Assembly: GCF_000297495.1 (NCBI RefSeq)
Contig: NZ_ALWX01000068.1
Coordinates: 1 to 64,000, forward strand
Direction of reading: 5' to 3'
Length of the DNA: 64,000 nucleotides
Source: Janibacter hoylei PVAS-1
GTDB taxonomy: Bacteria > Actinomycetota > Actinomycetes > Actinomycetales > Dermatophilaceae
Shown: piece after piece, positions 31,305 through 41,713 of the stretch
How the letters are laid out: the number at the start of each line of letters is the position of its first letter
How positions within the stretch are numbered: position 1 is the stretch's first letter
Program-made: the position numbers and the translations under genes
Notes under the pieces: generated by a model
What the model was told of the DNA's origin: nothing
Database searches by the model: none
The model's input: the letters and a program-made list of their open reading frames with translations, nothing else

Positions 31305-31721
31305 GTGAGCAGCACCACGCCCCGCCCCCAGCCCGCCCCGGACGACGAAGGGAGCACCGCCCCCTTCGGCCGTCGCGTCGTCGCCCTCGTCGTCGACTGG
31401 GTGGCCTGCCTGCTGATCACCAACGGCCTCATCGGCCGCCTCGTCGAGCTGAGCCCCGAGGCCTTCTCCTTCGTCCCGCTCGGCCTGCTCTTCGTGCTCA
31501 ACCTCGTCGGCGTCACCCTCGGCGGGGCGACCTTCGGCCACCGCCTGCTCGGGCTTCGCGTCGCCGCCCTGCACGGCGGGTGGGTGACCCCCCTTCGCTC
31601 GGCGGTGCGGGCCGCGCTGCTGTGCCTCTTCATCCCCCCGCTCGTGACGGCGAAGGGGGACGGCCGCGGCCTCCACGACCTCGCCGCCGGCACCCGGGTG
31701 GTGCGCGCCACCGCTCCCTGA
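31305..31721 (+). CDS. RDD family membrane protein.
   Basis: Small 3-TM protein. It follows glnA as in mycobacteria. Confidence 0.6.
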   Translation: MSSTTPRPQPAPDDEGSTAPFGRRVVALVVDWVACLLITNGLIGRLVELSPEAFSFVPLGLLFVLNLVGVTLGGATFGHRLLGLRVAALHGGWVTPLRSAVRAALLCLFIPPLVTAKGDGRGLHDLAAGTRVVRATAP

Positions 31722-31788
31722 CCGTCGGGGCGGAGCATGAGGGCTTCCTCATCTTCACTTCACGTTCACCTCACAGCGGCCCTGCACG

Positions 31789-33031
31789 GTGGTGCCCGTG
31801 ACCACGACACCACGGCGCCGCATCGCCTTCTACTCCCACGACACCCAGGGGCTAGGCCACATCCGCCGCAACCTCGCCCTCGCCGGGGCGATCGTCGCGG
31901 CCGACCCGCGCACCGACGTCCTCGTGCTCACCGGCGCACCGCAGGCGACCTCGCTGCCGCTGCCGCCCCACACCGAGGTCATCACCGTGCCGACGGTGGC
32001 CAAGGACAGCGACGGGGGATACGCCGCCGCCACCTTCGCCATGGACCTCGACGCGCTGCTCACCCTGCGCTCCAACGTCATCACCACGGCACTCACGAGC
32101 TTCGCCCCCGATGTCGTCGTCGTGGACAAGGTCGCCCGCGGTCTCGACGGTGAGCTCGAGCAGGCGCTCGAGGCGCTGCACGCCGTCCGAGGGCACACCA
32201 CCGGCGCCCGCCCCCCGCGTCGTCCTCGGCCTGCGCGACATCCTTGACGACCCGCTGACCGCGGCCCGCGAGTGGCGCTCGTCCCGCACGACGCAGGCGA
32301 TCCGCGACCACTACGACGAGGTCTGGGTCTACGGCGACAGTGACGTCGTCGACGTCGTCGCCGACTACGAGCTGCCGCCCACCGTCGCCCGCCGGGTCCG
32401 CTACACCGGCTACCTCGTTGACGGGCGGTCCGAGGGGCTCATCCCGCCCCGCGACGAACCACCCGCCGGCCCCGTGCCGCGCCCCTACGTCCTGTGCATG
32501 GTCGGCGGCGGGCAGGACGGCTACGACACCGCCCTCGCCTTCGCCCACGCGACCTACCCGACCGGTCGGACCGGCGTCATCATCACCGGCCCGTACATGC
32601 AGCCCTCCCTGCGCCTGCGGCTGCAGGAGATCGCCGACGGCTGTGACGACCTCGTCGTGCGCGAGTTCGTCACCGACGCCGTCGAGCTCGTCGCCGGCGC
32701 CGACGCGGTCGTCTCCATGGGCGGCTACAACACTGTGTGCGAGGTGCTCACGGGCAACGTGCCCGCGCTCATCGTCCCGAGGGTGCGCCCCCGCCAGGAG
32801 CAGCTCGTGCGCGCCGACCGGCTGAGCGGTCTCGGCCTCGTCGACGCGCTGCACCCCGAACTCGTCACGCCGCACGCGCTCGCCGGCTGGCTCGAGCAGG
32901 CGACGGGGGCCCCCTTCGTCCGGGACCGGCAGACCATCGCGCTCGGCGGGCTGCGCCGGGTGCCCCACCTGCTCACCCGGCTCCACCGCACCGCCGCGAC
33001 CCACGCCGCCGACCTCGAGGAGGCCAGCTGA
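31789..33031 (+). CDS. GT-B glycosyltransferase (COG4671-like), with a C-run frameshift near 32205.
   Basis: N-terminal 'RIAFYSHDTQGLGHIRRNLALAGAI'. C-terminal half 'VVSMGGYNTVCEVL'. Confidence 0.6.
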
Positions 33032-34299
33032 TGTCCACGCCCACCCCGCGCGTCGGGTACGTGCTGAAGATGTACCCGCGCTTCTCCGAGACCTTCATCG
33101 TCCACGAGATCCTCCAGCAGGAGGCCCTCGGCACCCACGTCGAGATCTTCTCGCTGCGGCTGCCGATCGACGGGCGCTTCCACGAGCTGCTCGCCCGGGT
33201 GCAGGCGCCCGTCACCTACCTCTCCCGCGAGCACAAGGCCAGCCTCTTCTGGTCCGGGCTGCGGGCCGCAGCAGCCGAGGTGCCGCAGGTCGCCGACCAC
33301 CTCGACGAGCTGCTCGCCGCACCCGAGGACGTCGCCCTGGCCGCCGTCGAGCTTGCCGGCGCGGTGCGCCGCTCGGGGCTGGAGCACCTGCACGCGCACT
33401 TCGGCTCGATCGCCGCCGACGTCGCCCGGATCGCCGCGCGCCTCACGGGCATCACGTGGTCCTTCACGGCGCACGCCAAGGACATCTTCCACGAGGAGGT
33501 CGTGCCCGCCGAGCTGGCCACCAAGCTGCGCGAGGCGCACACGACCGTGACCGTGAGCGAGTACAACCGGCGCCACCTGCAGCGCGAGTTCGGCGCCGCC
33601 GCCGACCGGGTCACCCGGCTGTACAACAGCGTCGACCTGCAGGCCTTCCCCTTCGCGACGAAGGGGGAGACCGCCGGCCCCGACCGCATCGCCGCCGTCG
33701 GACGGCTCGTGGAGAAGAAGGGCTTCGGTGACCTGCTCACCGCCGTCGCCGAGCTCGTCGGCGCCGGCAGGGACGTGCACGTCGACCTCGTCGGCACCGG
33801 CCCCCTCGAGGCGACGCTGCGCGAGCGCATCGGCGAGCTCGGGCTGGGCGACGTCGTGACGATGCACGGCGCGCTCCCGCAGTCCCGGGTCCGTGAGATC
33901 GTCGCTGCCGCGGACGTCTTCGCCGCCCCGTGCGTCGTCGGCGCCGACGGCAACCGTGACGGCCTGCCCACCGTGCTCCTCGAGGCCCTGGCGCTCGGCA
34001 CGCCGTGCGTCTCGACCCCCGTCACCGGCATCCCCGAGATCGTGCGCCACGAGGAGACCGGGCTGCTCGCCCCCGAGAGCGACCCCGCGGCGCTCGGGCA
34101 GGCCATCGCCCGCGTCCTCGACGACCCCGAGACCGCGGCCGGGTGGGCTCGGGCCGCGCGCCGCCTGCTCGAGGCGGACTTCGACTTCCGCGACCACGCC
34201 CGGGAGCTGCAGGGGATCTTCGCCGCCGCCATCGCCTCCCAGGACGACCGCATTTACCTAGGGAAATGCGCATCCGAGGGCGGGAGCGCGGTCGCATGA
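33031..34299 (+). CDS. Glycosyltransferase family 1 (GT4-like).
   Basis: 'RLVEKKGF', 'LVGTGP', 'EGLPTVLLEALALGTPCVSTPVTGIPEIV' (the EX7E region). Start and stop overlap the neighbouring genes. The C-terminal 8 codons include the palindromic element. Confidence 0.8.
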   Translation: MSTPTPRVGYVLKMYPRFSETFIVHEILQQEALGTHVEIFSLRLPIDGRFHELLARVQAPVTYLSREHKASLFWSGLRAAAAEVPQVADHLDELLAAPEDVALAAVELAGAVRRSGLEHLHAHFGSIAADVARIAARLTGITWSFTAHAKDIFHEEVVPAELATKLREAHTTVTVSEYNRRHLQREFGAAADRVTRLYNSVDLQAFPFATKGETAGPDRIAAVGRLVEKKGFGDLLTAVAELVGAGRDVHVDLVGTGPLEATLRERIGELGLGDVVTMHGALPQSRVREIVAAADVFAAPCVVGADGNRDGLPTVLLEALALGTPCVSTPVTGIPEIVRHEETGLLAPESDPAALGQAIARVLDDPETAAGWARAARRLLEADFDFRDHARELQGIFAAAIASQDDRIYLGKCASEGGSAVA

Positions 34300-35498
34300 G
34301 GCGCGTCGCCTACGTGTGCGCCGACCCCGGCGTCCCCGTCTTCGGGCACAAGGGAGCCTCCGTCCACGTGCAGGCCGTCGTGCGCGAGCTCCTCCGCCGC
34401 GGCGGCGAGGTGCACCTCATCGCCGCCCGCGTCGGGGGCGACCTGCCCCGCGGCCTCGATGGTGTCGTCCTGCACGAGCTGCCCCGCACCACCGGGGAGC
34501 CTGGCGCCGAGCGTGAGGCGTCGGCGCGGCGGTCCGCGTACGCGGCGGCCGACCTGCTCGAGCAGCTGCACCGGGAGGACCCGCTCGATCTCGTCTACGA
34601 GCGCTACTCGCTGTGGTCGCCGGCGGCCATGGCCTGGGCCCGGCAGCGGGCCGTCGCCAGCGTGCTCGAGGTCAACGCGCCGCTCGTCGACGAGCAGGCC
34701 GAGCACCGGGTGCTCGCCGACCGCGATGGCGCCGTAGGCATCGCGACGGCCGCCTTCGACGCCGCAGGGTCGGTCGTCACCGTCTCCGCGCCCGTCGCCC
34801 GCTGGGTCACCGAGCGCACCGACAACACCGCCGTGCACGTCGTGCCCAACGGCGTGGACACGCGCTTCATCCGACCTGCAGCCCACAGCGGGCGAAGGGG
34901 GGAGCAGCCCCCCTTCGTCATCGGCTTCGTCGGCACGCTCAAGCCCTGGCACGGGGTGGAGGTGCTCGTCGAGGCCTTCGCCCGGGTGGCGCGTACCGAC
35001 CCGCACGCACGCCTGCGGCTCGTCGGCGACGGCCCGCGGCGCACGGGGCTGGCCGAGTTGGCTCGCGAGCTGGGCGTCGTCGACCGCGTCGACCTCGTCG
35101 GCGCGGTGGCCCCCGAGGACATGCCCGCCGAGCTCGCCGCGATGGACATCGCCGTGGCGCCCTACCCGCGGCTGCCCGACTTCTACTTCTCGCCGCTCAA
35201 GCTCTACGAGTACCTCGCCGCCGGGCTCCCCGTCGTCGCCAGCGACATCGGTCCTTGCCCCGGCATCCTCGACGACGGTGGCCTCGGCGTCCTCGTGCGG
35301 CCCGGTGACCCGGCCGAGCTGGCCGCCGCTCTCGCCGGCCTGCGCCGGGACCCGACGATGCGCGCCGAGCTCGGCCGGGCCGGGCGCCGGGCCGCGGAGG
35401 ACCGGCACGACTGGAGCCTGGTCGTCGCGCGCATCCTCGACACGGTCCCCGCCCCGCGCACCTCGCTCGCCGACGACCTGTGGGGGCAGACCGCGTGA
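34296..35498 (+). CDS. Glycosyltransferase family 1 (GT4-like).
   Basis: 'FVGTLKPWHGVEVLVEAF', 'LVGDGP', 'PLKLYEYLAAGLPVVASDIG'. ATGA overlap with the upstream GT. Confidence 0.8.
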   Translation: MRRVAYVCADPGVPVFGHKGASVHVQAVVRELLRRGGEVHLIAARVGGDLPRGLDGVVLHELPRTTGEPGAEREASARRSAYAAADLLEQLHREDPLDLVYERYSLWSPAAMAWARQRAVASVLEVNAPLVDEQAEHRVLADRDGAVGIATAAFDAAGSVVTVSAPVARWVTERTDNTAVHVVPNGVDTRFIRPAAHSGRRGEQPPFVIGFVGTLKPWHGVEVLVEAFARVARTDPHARLRLVGDGPRRTGLAELARELGVVDRVDLVGAVAPEDMPAELAAMDIAVAPYPRLPDFYFSPLKLYEYLAAGLPVVASDIGPCPGILDDGGLGVLVRPGDPAELAAALAGLRRDPTMRAELGRAGRRAAEDRHDWSLVVARILDTVPAPRTSLADDLWGQTA

Positions 35499-37354
35499 GC
35501 GACTCACCCCTGCGCAAGGTGCGCCGGCCCGAGGGTCTGCGCGAGGCGCTGCCCGGGCTGCGGCGTCTCGTGCCGCACGTGCGACCGCACCTGCGCCGGC
35601 AGCGGACCCTCATCGCCGGCGGCGGCGCCGCGATGGCACTCGAGGTCGTCATGCGCCTGCTCGAGCCGTGGCCGCTGAAGTTCGTCATCGACGGCGTCAT
35701 CGGCCACCTCGGCGCCGACCTGCACCAGGGCCAGCCCGACGACCTGCAGCAGGTCCTCGTGCTCGCCTGCCTCGGCCTGCTCGTCGTCGTCCTGCTCCGG
35801 GCCGCAGCCAGCTACGGCATGACCGTCTGCTTCGCGCTCGCGGGCAACCGGCTGCTCACGGCCGTGCGCGCCGATGCCTTCGCGCACCTGCAGCGCCTGT
35901 CGCTGTCCTTCCACGACCGGGCCCGCACGGGTGACCTCGTCCAGCGCATCACGAGCGACGTCGGCCGGCTCAAGGAGGTGGCCGTGACCGCCGCGCTCCC
36001 GCTCGCCGGCAACGTCCTCACCCTCGTCGCGATGCTCGTCGTCGTCTTCGTGCTCGACTGGCAGCTCGCGCTGTGCATGCTCGTCGTCTTCCCCGTCTTC
36101 GTCCTCACCGGACGCAGCGCCACCCGCCGCATCCACACCGTCTCGCGCAAGCAGCGCAAGGCCGAGGGCCACCTCGCGACCCTCGCCACCGAGACCCTCG
36201 GGTCGATGAAGGTCGTGCAGGCCTACACGCTCGAGAGCGAGATGCAGAGCCGCTTCGCGTCGGACAACGTCAAGACGCTCAAGGACGGGGTCAAGGCGAA
36301 GAAGCTCTCCGCCGGGCTCGAGCGGTCCACCGACGTGCTCGTCGGCCTGGCGACGGCCCTCGTCCTCTACGTCGGGGCCCAGCGCGTGCTCGCCGGCGCG
36401 CTCACTCCCGGTGAGCTCGTCGTCTTCATCACCTATCTCAAGGCGGCCTTCAAGCCGATGCGCGATCTCGCGAAGTACACCGGGCGCATCGCCCAGGCCG
36501 CGGCCTCCGCAGAGCGCGTCGTCGACCTGCTCGACACCGAGCCCACCGTGCGCGACGCCTCGTGGGCCACACCCGGCCGGCGGGTCGCCGGCCACGTCGA
36601 GCTCGAGGACGTCTGGCTCTCGTACGTGCCGGGTCACCCGGTGCTGCGTGGCGTGAGCCTGCGGATCCACCCGGGGGAGCGGGTCGCCGTCGTCGGCCCC
36701 TCCGGCGCGGGCAAGTCCTCGCTCGCCGGGCTGCTGCTGCGCATGCACGACCCGGACTCCGGGACGGTGCGCCTCGACGGGTGGGACCTGCAGGACCTCA
36801 CGGTCCACGGCGTGCGCAGCCAGGTCGCGGTGGTGCTCCAGGAGAGCCTGCTCTTCGCCACGACGATCCGCGACAACATCGCGATGGGCGCTCCCGAGGG
36901 GGCGGCCGAGGTCACCGAGGAGCGGGTCGTCGCCGCCGCTCGTGCCGCCGGTGCCCACGACTTCATCACTGCCCTGCCACAGGGCTACGACACGGTCGTC
37001 TCCGAGCGGGGGAGCACGCTCTCGGGAGGGCAGCGGCAACGCATCGCGATCGCTCGGGCGGTCGTCCGCGACGCGCCCGTCGTCATCCTCGACGAGGCGA
37101 CAGTCGGCCTCGACGGCGAGACCGAGGTCGAGGTCACCGCGGCGCTCGACCGGCTGACGGCCGGTCGCACGACGATCGTCATCACCCACGACCTCGACGC
37201 GGCCCGGTCCGCCGACCGCATCGTCTGGGTCGACGCCGGTCGCGTCACCGACGTCGGCCGCCCCGACGAGGTGCTGGCCCGTCATGCCGGCGAGCTCGAC
37301 GACGCCCTCCGGCCACGCCACGAAGGGGGTGTCGCCAGTGCTGTCGGCAGCTGA
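35495..37354 (+). CDS. ABC transporter permease/ATP-binding fusion (MsbA-like exporter).
   Basis: 6 TM. Walker A 'GPSGAGKSS', signature 'LSGGQRQRIAIARA', Walker B 'VVILDEAT'. Confidence 0.85.
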   Translation: MSDSPLRKVRRPEGLREALPGLRRLVPHVRPHLRRQRTLIAGGGAAMALEVVMRLLEPWPLKFVIDGVIGHLGADLHQGQPDDLQQVLVLACLGLLVVVLLRAAASYGMTVCFALAGNRLLTAVRADAFAHLQRLSLSFHDRARTGDLVQRITSDVGRLKEVAVTAALPLAGNVLTLVAMLVVVFVLDWQLALCMLVVFPVFVLTGRSATRRIHTVSRKQRKAEGHLATLATETLGSMKVVQAYTLESEMQSRFASDNVKTLKDGVKAKKLSAGLERSTDVLVGLATALVLYVGAQRVLAGALTPGELVVFITYLKAAFKPMRDLAKYTGRIAQAAASAERVVDLLDTEPTVRDASWATPGRRVAGHVELEDVWLSYVPGHPVLRGVSLRIHPGERVAVVGPSGAGKSSLAGLLLRMHDPDSGTVRLDGWDLQDLTVHGVRSQVAVVLQESLLFATTIRDNIAMGAPEGAAEVTEERVVAAARAAGAHDFITALPQGYDTVVSERGSTLSGGQRQRIAIARAVVRDAPVVILDEATVGLDGETEVEVTAALDRLTAGRTTIVITHDLDAARSADRIVWVDAGRVTDVGRPDEVLARHAGELDDALRPRHEGGVASAVGS

Positions 37355-38561
37355 GGCCCACGAGCGGTTGGTCGTCGCCGACCTCGGCCTGCCGGGTCTG
37401 CCCGGGCTGCTCGAGCCCGCCGTGCTCGCTGAGCAGCTGGGCGGCCCGACGACGAGGTCGTACCTGCGCTACAAGCCCGGTACGAGCGCCGTCGCCCTGC
37501 TCGACGTCGCCGGCCGGCCCGTGATCGCGCACGCCTGGGGCAACGCCGCGCCCGACAAACGGGGCAAGGCCCTGCGCCACGTGACTCCGGGCGAGGTGCT
37601 GCTCGATGCCCCCGAGGTGGGGCTGCTCGTCGTCGACGCACGCACCGATCGCCGCCTGCCCGCGCTCCGTCGCCTCGTCCGCACGGGTGACCTCGCCGAC
37701 TGGCTCTCCGGGGCCGGGCATCCGGTCGCCACCGACGCGAGCCCGCAGACCCTGGCCCACAAGCCGGCCCGGCGATGGGTCGGTCGGCTGCCGCGAGCCG
37801 AGGGAGCGGGCCACGTGGTGCTGCGCGCGTACGCCCGCCGCGGGTACGACGACGCGCTCGCCGCCCACGCACGCGTCCGGCCGGACCATGCGCCCTCCCT
37901 GCGACTGCCGCGCGTGCTCGCCACCCACCGGCGCGGCCTCATCGCCCTCGAGCACCTGCCCGGTCGCACCCTTGACAGCGACGTCTCCGTCGCGGCCGTA
38001 CGGCGCCTGGGAGCCTGCCTCGGCGAGCTGCACGCCACCGGACGTGCCGACGTCGCCCCGGAGCGGGCCATGGACGGCCCCGGTGTCGACGCCCTCGCGC
38101 CGGTGCTCGGCGCGCACGTCGACCTCGTACACCACGTGGCCGAGGTGGCGCGGGGCTCCCTTCGTACCGGGCCGGGAGCCCTGCTGCACGGCGACCTCTC
38201 GCTCGACCAGGTCGTCGCGGACGGCCACGACCTCGGGCTCATCGACCTCGACCGGGTCCGTCTCGGCAACCCGCTCGACGACGTGGCGAGCCTGCTCGCG
38301 GCCGCTGCCCTGACCCGGCTCGCCACGCCCGGCGCCGAGGGCGCTGCCGGACTCGTGGCCCGCCTCCGCGAGCCCCTGCTCGCCGGCCACGCCAGCACCT
38401 GGTCGGGGCCGGCCACCGACGACCTGGGCCCACGCACCGCACTCGCCCTGCTGTCGAGGGCAGCGGAGCCCTTCAGGTCCGGCCACCCCCGCTGGCCCGA
38501 CCTGACGGCCGATCTCATCGCGCTCGCTGCGGAGCAGGCCGGTCTGCAGGTGGCGGCATGA
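37338..38561 (+). CDS. Aminoglycoside-phosphotransferase (APH)-fold kinase family protein.
   Basis: 'LLHGDLSLDQVV...GLIDLD' matches the HGD...D catalytic/Mg motifs. The substrate is unknown. Confidence 0.6.
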   Translation: MLSAAEAHERLVVADLGLPGLPGLLEPAVLAEQLGGPTTRSYLRYKPGTSAVALLDVAGRPVIAHAWGNAAPDKRGKALRHVTPGEVLLDAPEVGLLVVDARTDRRLPALRRLVRTGDLADWLSGAGHPVATDASPQTLAHKPARRWVGRLPRAEGAGHVVLRAYARRGYDDALAAHARVRPDHAPSLRLPRVLATHRRGLIALEHLPGRTLDSDVSVAAVRRLGACLGELHATGRADVAPERAMDGPGVDALAPVLGAHVDLVHHVAEVARGSLRTGPGALLHGDLSLDQVVADGHDLGLIDLDRVRLGNPLDDVASLLAAAALTRLATPGAEGAAGLVARLREPLLAGHASTWSGPATDDLGPRTALALLSRAAEPFRSGHPRWPDLTADLIALAAEQAGLQVAA

Positions 38562-39634
38562 CCCCCTTCGACGAGGTCCGGCGCACGGTGACCGGCCACG
38601 GTCTCGAGCTCGTCCGGGCTCACCCGCGCCGTGATCGCCTGCACCTCGACCTACGGGGCCCCGACCGGCAGCGGGTCATCGGTCAGTGGATCGACGATGC
38701 CACCGAGGCCACGCGGGTCGCCGACGCCACCCCCGGCCGCGTCGAGCGCCTCGGGTCCCGCCTGGTGCTCCAGCACGACGGGGCCGACCGGCGACTGCCT
38801 GCTCTGGCCGACCTCGTCGCAGGCGGGGCCGAGCTCGTCGTGCACCGCCCCGAGCGGCGCGCGGTCGTGCGGTACCAGCGCGGCGATGGGTACGTCTACA
38901 CCAAGGTCGTGCGCCCAAGCCGCACCGCCGAGCTCGTCCGCCGGGTGCGCGCAGCCGCCGCCGTCCCCGGCCTCTCGGCCCCCGAGGTCACCCAGTGGGA
39001 CGAGGCCGGCGGCACGATCGTGCTGACCACCCTGCCCGGGCAGACCCTGCACGACCTGCTGACAGGGGTTGTCCCTGCGGTCGTGGCCACGGAGGTGGGA
39101 CGAGCTGTGCGCACCCTGCACTCGGCGGCGACCGCGCCGGACGGGACGACCACCCACGACCTCGCAGCCGAGGTGGACGCCACGCGTGCGCTGCTCGATC
39201 TCGCGCGCACGCATCGCGCCCTGCAGCCCCGAGAGGCGCTCGTGGTGGACCGGCGGATCGCCGCGGCCGCGGCCACGATCGCCGCCCTCGCCCGACCGGC
39301 TGCACCGTCGCTGCTGCACCGCGACCTCCACGACAAGCAGCTGCTCGTCGACGGCGCATCGATCGGGATGCTCGACGTCGACACCCTGGGTCTCGGGGAC
39401 CCGGCCCTCGACCTCGGCAACCTCCTGGCCCACCTCGACCTGCGGGTGCGCCAGGGCTGGACGCAGCGGGAGACCGCGGCTGCGGTTGAGCAGGGGGTGC
39501 TCGACGGGTACGTGCCCGACGACCGGACCCGCGCCGCGACCGCCGGCTACCGCGCCCTCGCGGCGGCGCGGCTGGAGGCGCTCTACGCCTTCCGTCCGGG
39601 GGACCTGCCGGGCGGGGGTCAGCCCGCGAAGTAG
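38558..39634 (+). CDS. APH-fold kinase family protein (second paralog).
   Basis: 'LLHRDLHDKQLLVD...GMLDVD'. ATGA overlap with the upstream kinase. Confidence 0.6.
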   Translation: MTPFDEVRRTVTGHGLELVRAHPRRDRLHLDLRGPDRQRVIGQWIDDATEATRVADATPGRVERLGSRLVLQHDGADRRLPALADLVAGGAELVVHRPERRAVVRYQRGDGYVYTKVVRPSRTAELVRRVRAAAAVPGLSAPEVTQWDEAGGTIVLTTLPGQTLHDLLTGVVPAVVATEVGRAVRTLHSAATAPDGTTTHDLAAEVDATRALLDLARTHRALQPREALVVDRRIAAAAATIAALARPAAPSLLHRDLHDKQLLVDGASIGMLDVDTLGLGDPALDLGNLLAHLDLRVRQGWTQRETAAAVEQGVLDGYVPDDRTRAATAGYRALAAARLEALYAFRPGDLPGGGQPAK

Positions 39635-40896
39635 GTGCGCGCCACGCGCGCCAGGTCGAGCAGGTCGCTCGTGCCGGCGAGCTCGCGCGCCGAGTGCATC
39701 GACAGGATCGGGATGCCGACGTCGACGGTGCGGATCCCCAGGCGGGTCGCGGTGATCGGGCCGATCGTCGACCCGCACGGCACGGTGTTGTTGGAGACGA
39801 AGTCCTGGCTGTGCACACCGGACGCCTCGCACCAGCCGCGCCAGGCCGCCGCGCCGACACCATCGCTCGCGTAGCGCTGGTTGGCGTTGAGCTTGAGGAT
39901 CGGGCCGGACCCGAGCACGGGCCGCACGTGCGGGTCGTGCTTGCCGGGGTAGTTGGGGTGCACCGAGTGCCCGACGTCGCTCGAGATGCACCACGACGAC
40001 GCGAGCGCCCGCAGCCGGTCGCCGCGGTCGGCGCCGAGGGAGATGCCGATGCGCTCGAGCACCTCCTCGAGGAAGGGGCCGCCCGCGCCGGTGCGCGAGG
40101 CCGAGCCGACCTCCTCGTGGTCGAAGACGGCGAGCATCGGGATGTGGTCGGCGCCCAGGTCGTCGCCGACCTCGGCCAGCGCCACCGTGCCCGCGTGCGC
40201 GCTCGCGAGGTCGTCGAGACGACCCGCGGCGAAGAAGACGTCGTCCCGGCCGAAGACGGCACCACGGGCGGAGTCGGCCGTCACGAGGTCGTATCCGCGC
40301 ACCCGGGCCGCGTCGACACCGACGCGGTCGGCGAGCTCGGCGATCAGGTCCGCTGACTCGGCGGCACCCACGCCCCACACGGGCTGGGTGTGGACCTGTC
40401 GGTCGAGGGTGAGGCGCTCGTTGACCTCGCGGTCGAGGTGGATCGCCAGCTGGGGCAGCCGCAGCAGCGGGCCGGAGTCGGCGAGCACCTCGGTGCCGTC
40501 CTCGAGGACGAGTCGACCGGCCAGCCGCAGTTCACGGTCCAGCCAGGAGTTGACCAGCGGCCCGCCGTAGACCTCGACGCCGGCCTGCAGCCAGCCGAGG
40601 TGGCCGGTGGTCGGCTGGGGCTTGAGCTTGAAGCCGGGGGAGTCGCTGTGGGCGCCGAAGACGCGCACCGGGGTCGTCGGGCCGGCGCTCGTCGGCACGG
40701 CCCACGCGATGACCGCGCCCTCGCGCACGACGACGTAGCGACCCGGCTCCTGCGGCCAGGCGTCGCTCTCGTGGAGGGAGGTGAAGCCGGCGTCGAGCAG
40801 CCGGCGGGCCACCTCGGCGGCCGCGTGATAGCTCGAGGGGGAGGCGTCGACGAAGTCGGCGAGGTCCTCGGCGTGGGTGGTCGTGGCTGCGGGCAC
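39619..40896 (-). CDS. M18 family aminopeptidase.
   Basis: 'FGAHSDSPGFKLKP', 'VGHSVHPNYP'. 425 aa, intact. Confidence 0.85.
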   Translation of the reverse strand: MPAATTTHAEDLADFVDASPSSYHAAAEVARRLLDAGFTSLHESDAWPQEPGRYVVVREGAVIAWAVPTSAGPTTPVRVFGAHSDSPGFKLKPQPTTGHLGWLQAGVEVYGGPLVNSWLDRELRLAGRLVLEDGTEVLADSGPLLRLPQLAIHLDREVNERLTLDRQVHTQPVWGVGAAESADLIAELADRVGVDAARVRGYDLVTADSARGAVFGRDDVFFAAGRLDDLASAHAGTVALAEVGDDLGADHIPMLAVFDHEEVGSASRTGAGGPFLEEVLERIGISLGADRGDRLRALASSWCISSDVGHSVHPNYPGKHDPHVRPVLGSGPILKLNANQRYASDGVGAAAWRGWCEASGVHSQDFVSNNTVPCGSTIGPITATRLGIRTVDVGIPILSMHSARELAGTSDLLDLARVARTYFAG

Positions 40897-40953
40897 GGGT
40901 GCTCTCCCGGGGGGTCGGCGGTGGTGGCGCCGCGGGCCGGCGCCGCGGGTGGG

Positions 40954-41677
40954 TCAGCGGCCGCGCAGGGCGCTGCGGTTCATCCGGGCGCGCGACGGGT
41001 CAACCCCGGCGGGGACACCCTGACGGATCCCGGGGAGGGACTTCAGCCGCTTGTTGACGACCGACATCTCCTCCTTCGACAGCTCCGGGCGCAGCTTGGT
41101 GAGGGTCATGCGGATCTTGCGGGGGGCCAGCTCGCCCTCGCCGCTGCCGACGATGAAGGTGTGGACCGGGACGCCGGGGGGCGACGCGGGCGACCTTCTT
41201 GGTCTCCTTGGCGAAGAGCTTGTCGACGCGGTGCTTGGGGCCCTCGCCGAGCAGGACGATGCCCGGGCGGCCGAGGGCGCGGAAGACGACGGCGGCCGTG
41301 GCGATCTCGCTCGGCTTGGTGGCGTCGGCGGCGACCGGCTCCTGGTCGTAGTACCAGCCGCGGCGCAGCGCGGACAGGCCGCCGATGGAGGCACCGCGCT
41401 GGCCCTCCATCTGGGCGAAGGCGGCCCGCTCACCCCGTCGCGACAGCACGATCATCGCGGCGAGCGCGGCGAAGGGGAGCGCGACGAGCAGCGAGGCGAT
41501 GACGTGCCCGAAGATCAGGCCGATGAGCGCACCGACCGCCAGCACGACGACGAAGCCGAGCAGCATCCACAGGCCGACCTGCGGGTCGAGCTGCTTGACC
41601 GTCCGGTAGACGGAGGCGATGCGCTTGAAGGGGTTCTCGCGCTTCGGCTTGGAGGGGGTGTCGCTCTTGCTGGCCAT
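40954..41677 (-). CDS. DUF4191 membrane protein, with a G-run frameshift near 41185.
   Basis: N-terminal 'MASKSDTPSKPKRENPFKRI...' plus 2 TM. The C-terminal half is in another frame. It is a conserved neighbour of lipA in actinomycetes. Confidence 0.5.
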
Positions 41678-41713
41678 GGGGGGAGAGTCTAGTTCCTCGC
41701 GAAGGGGGTGGCG

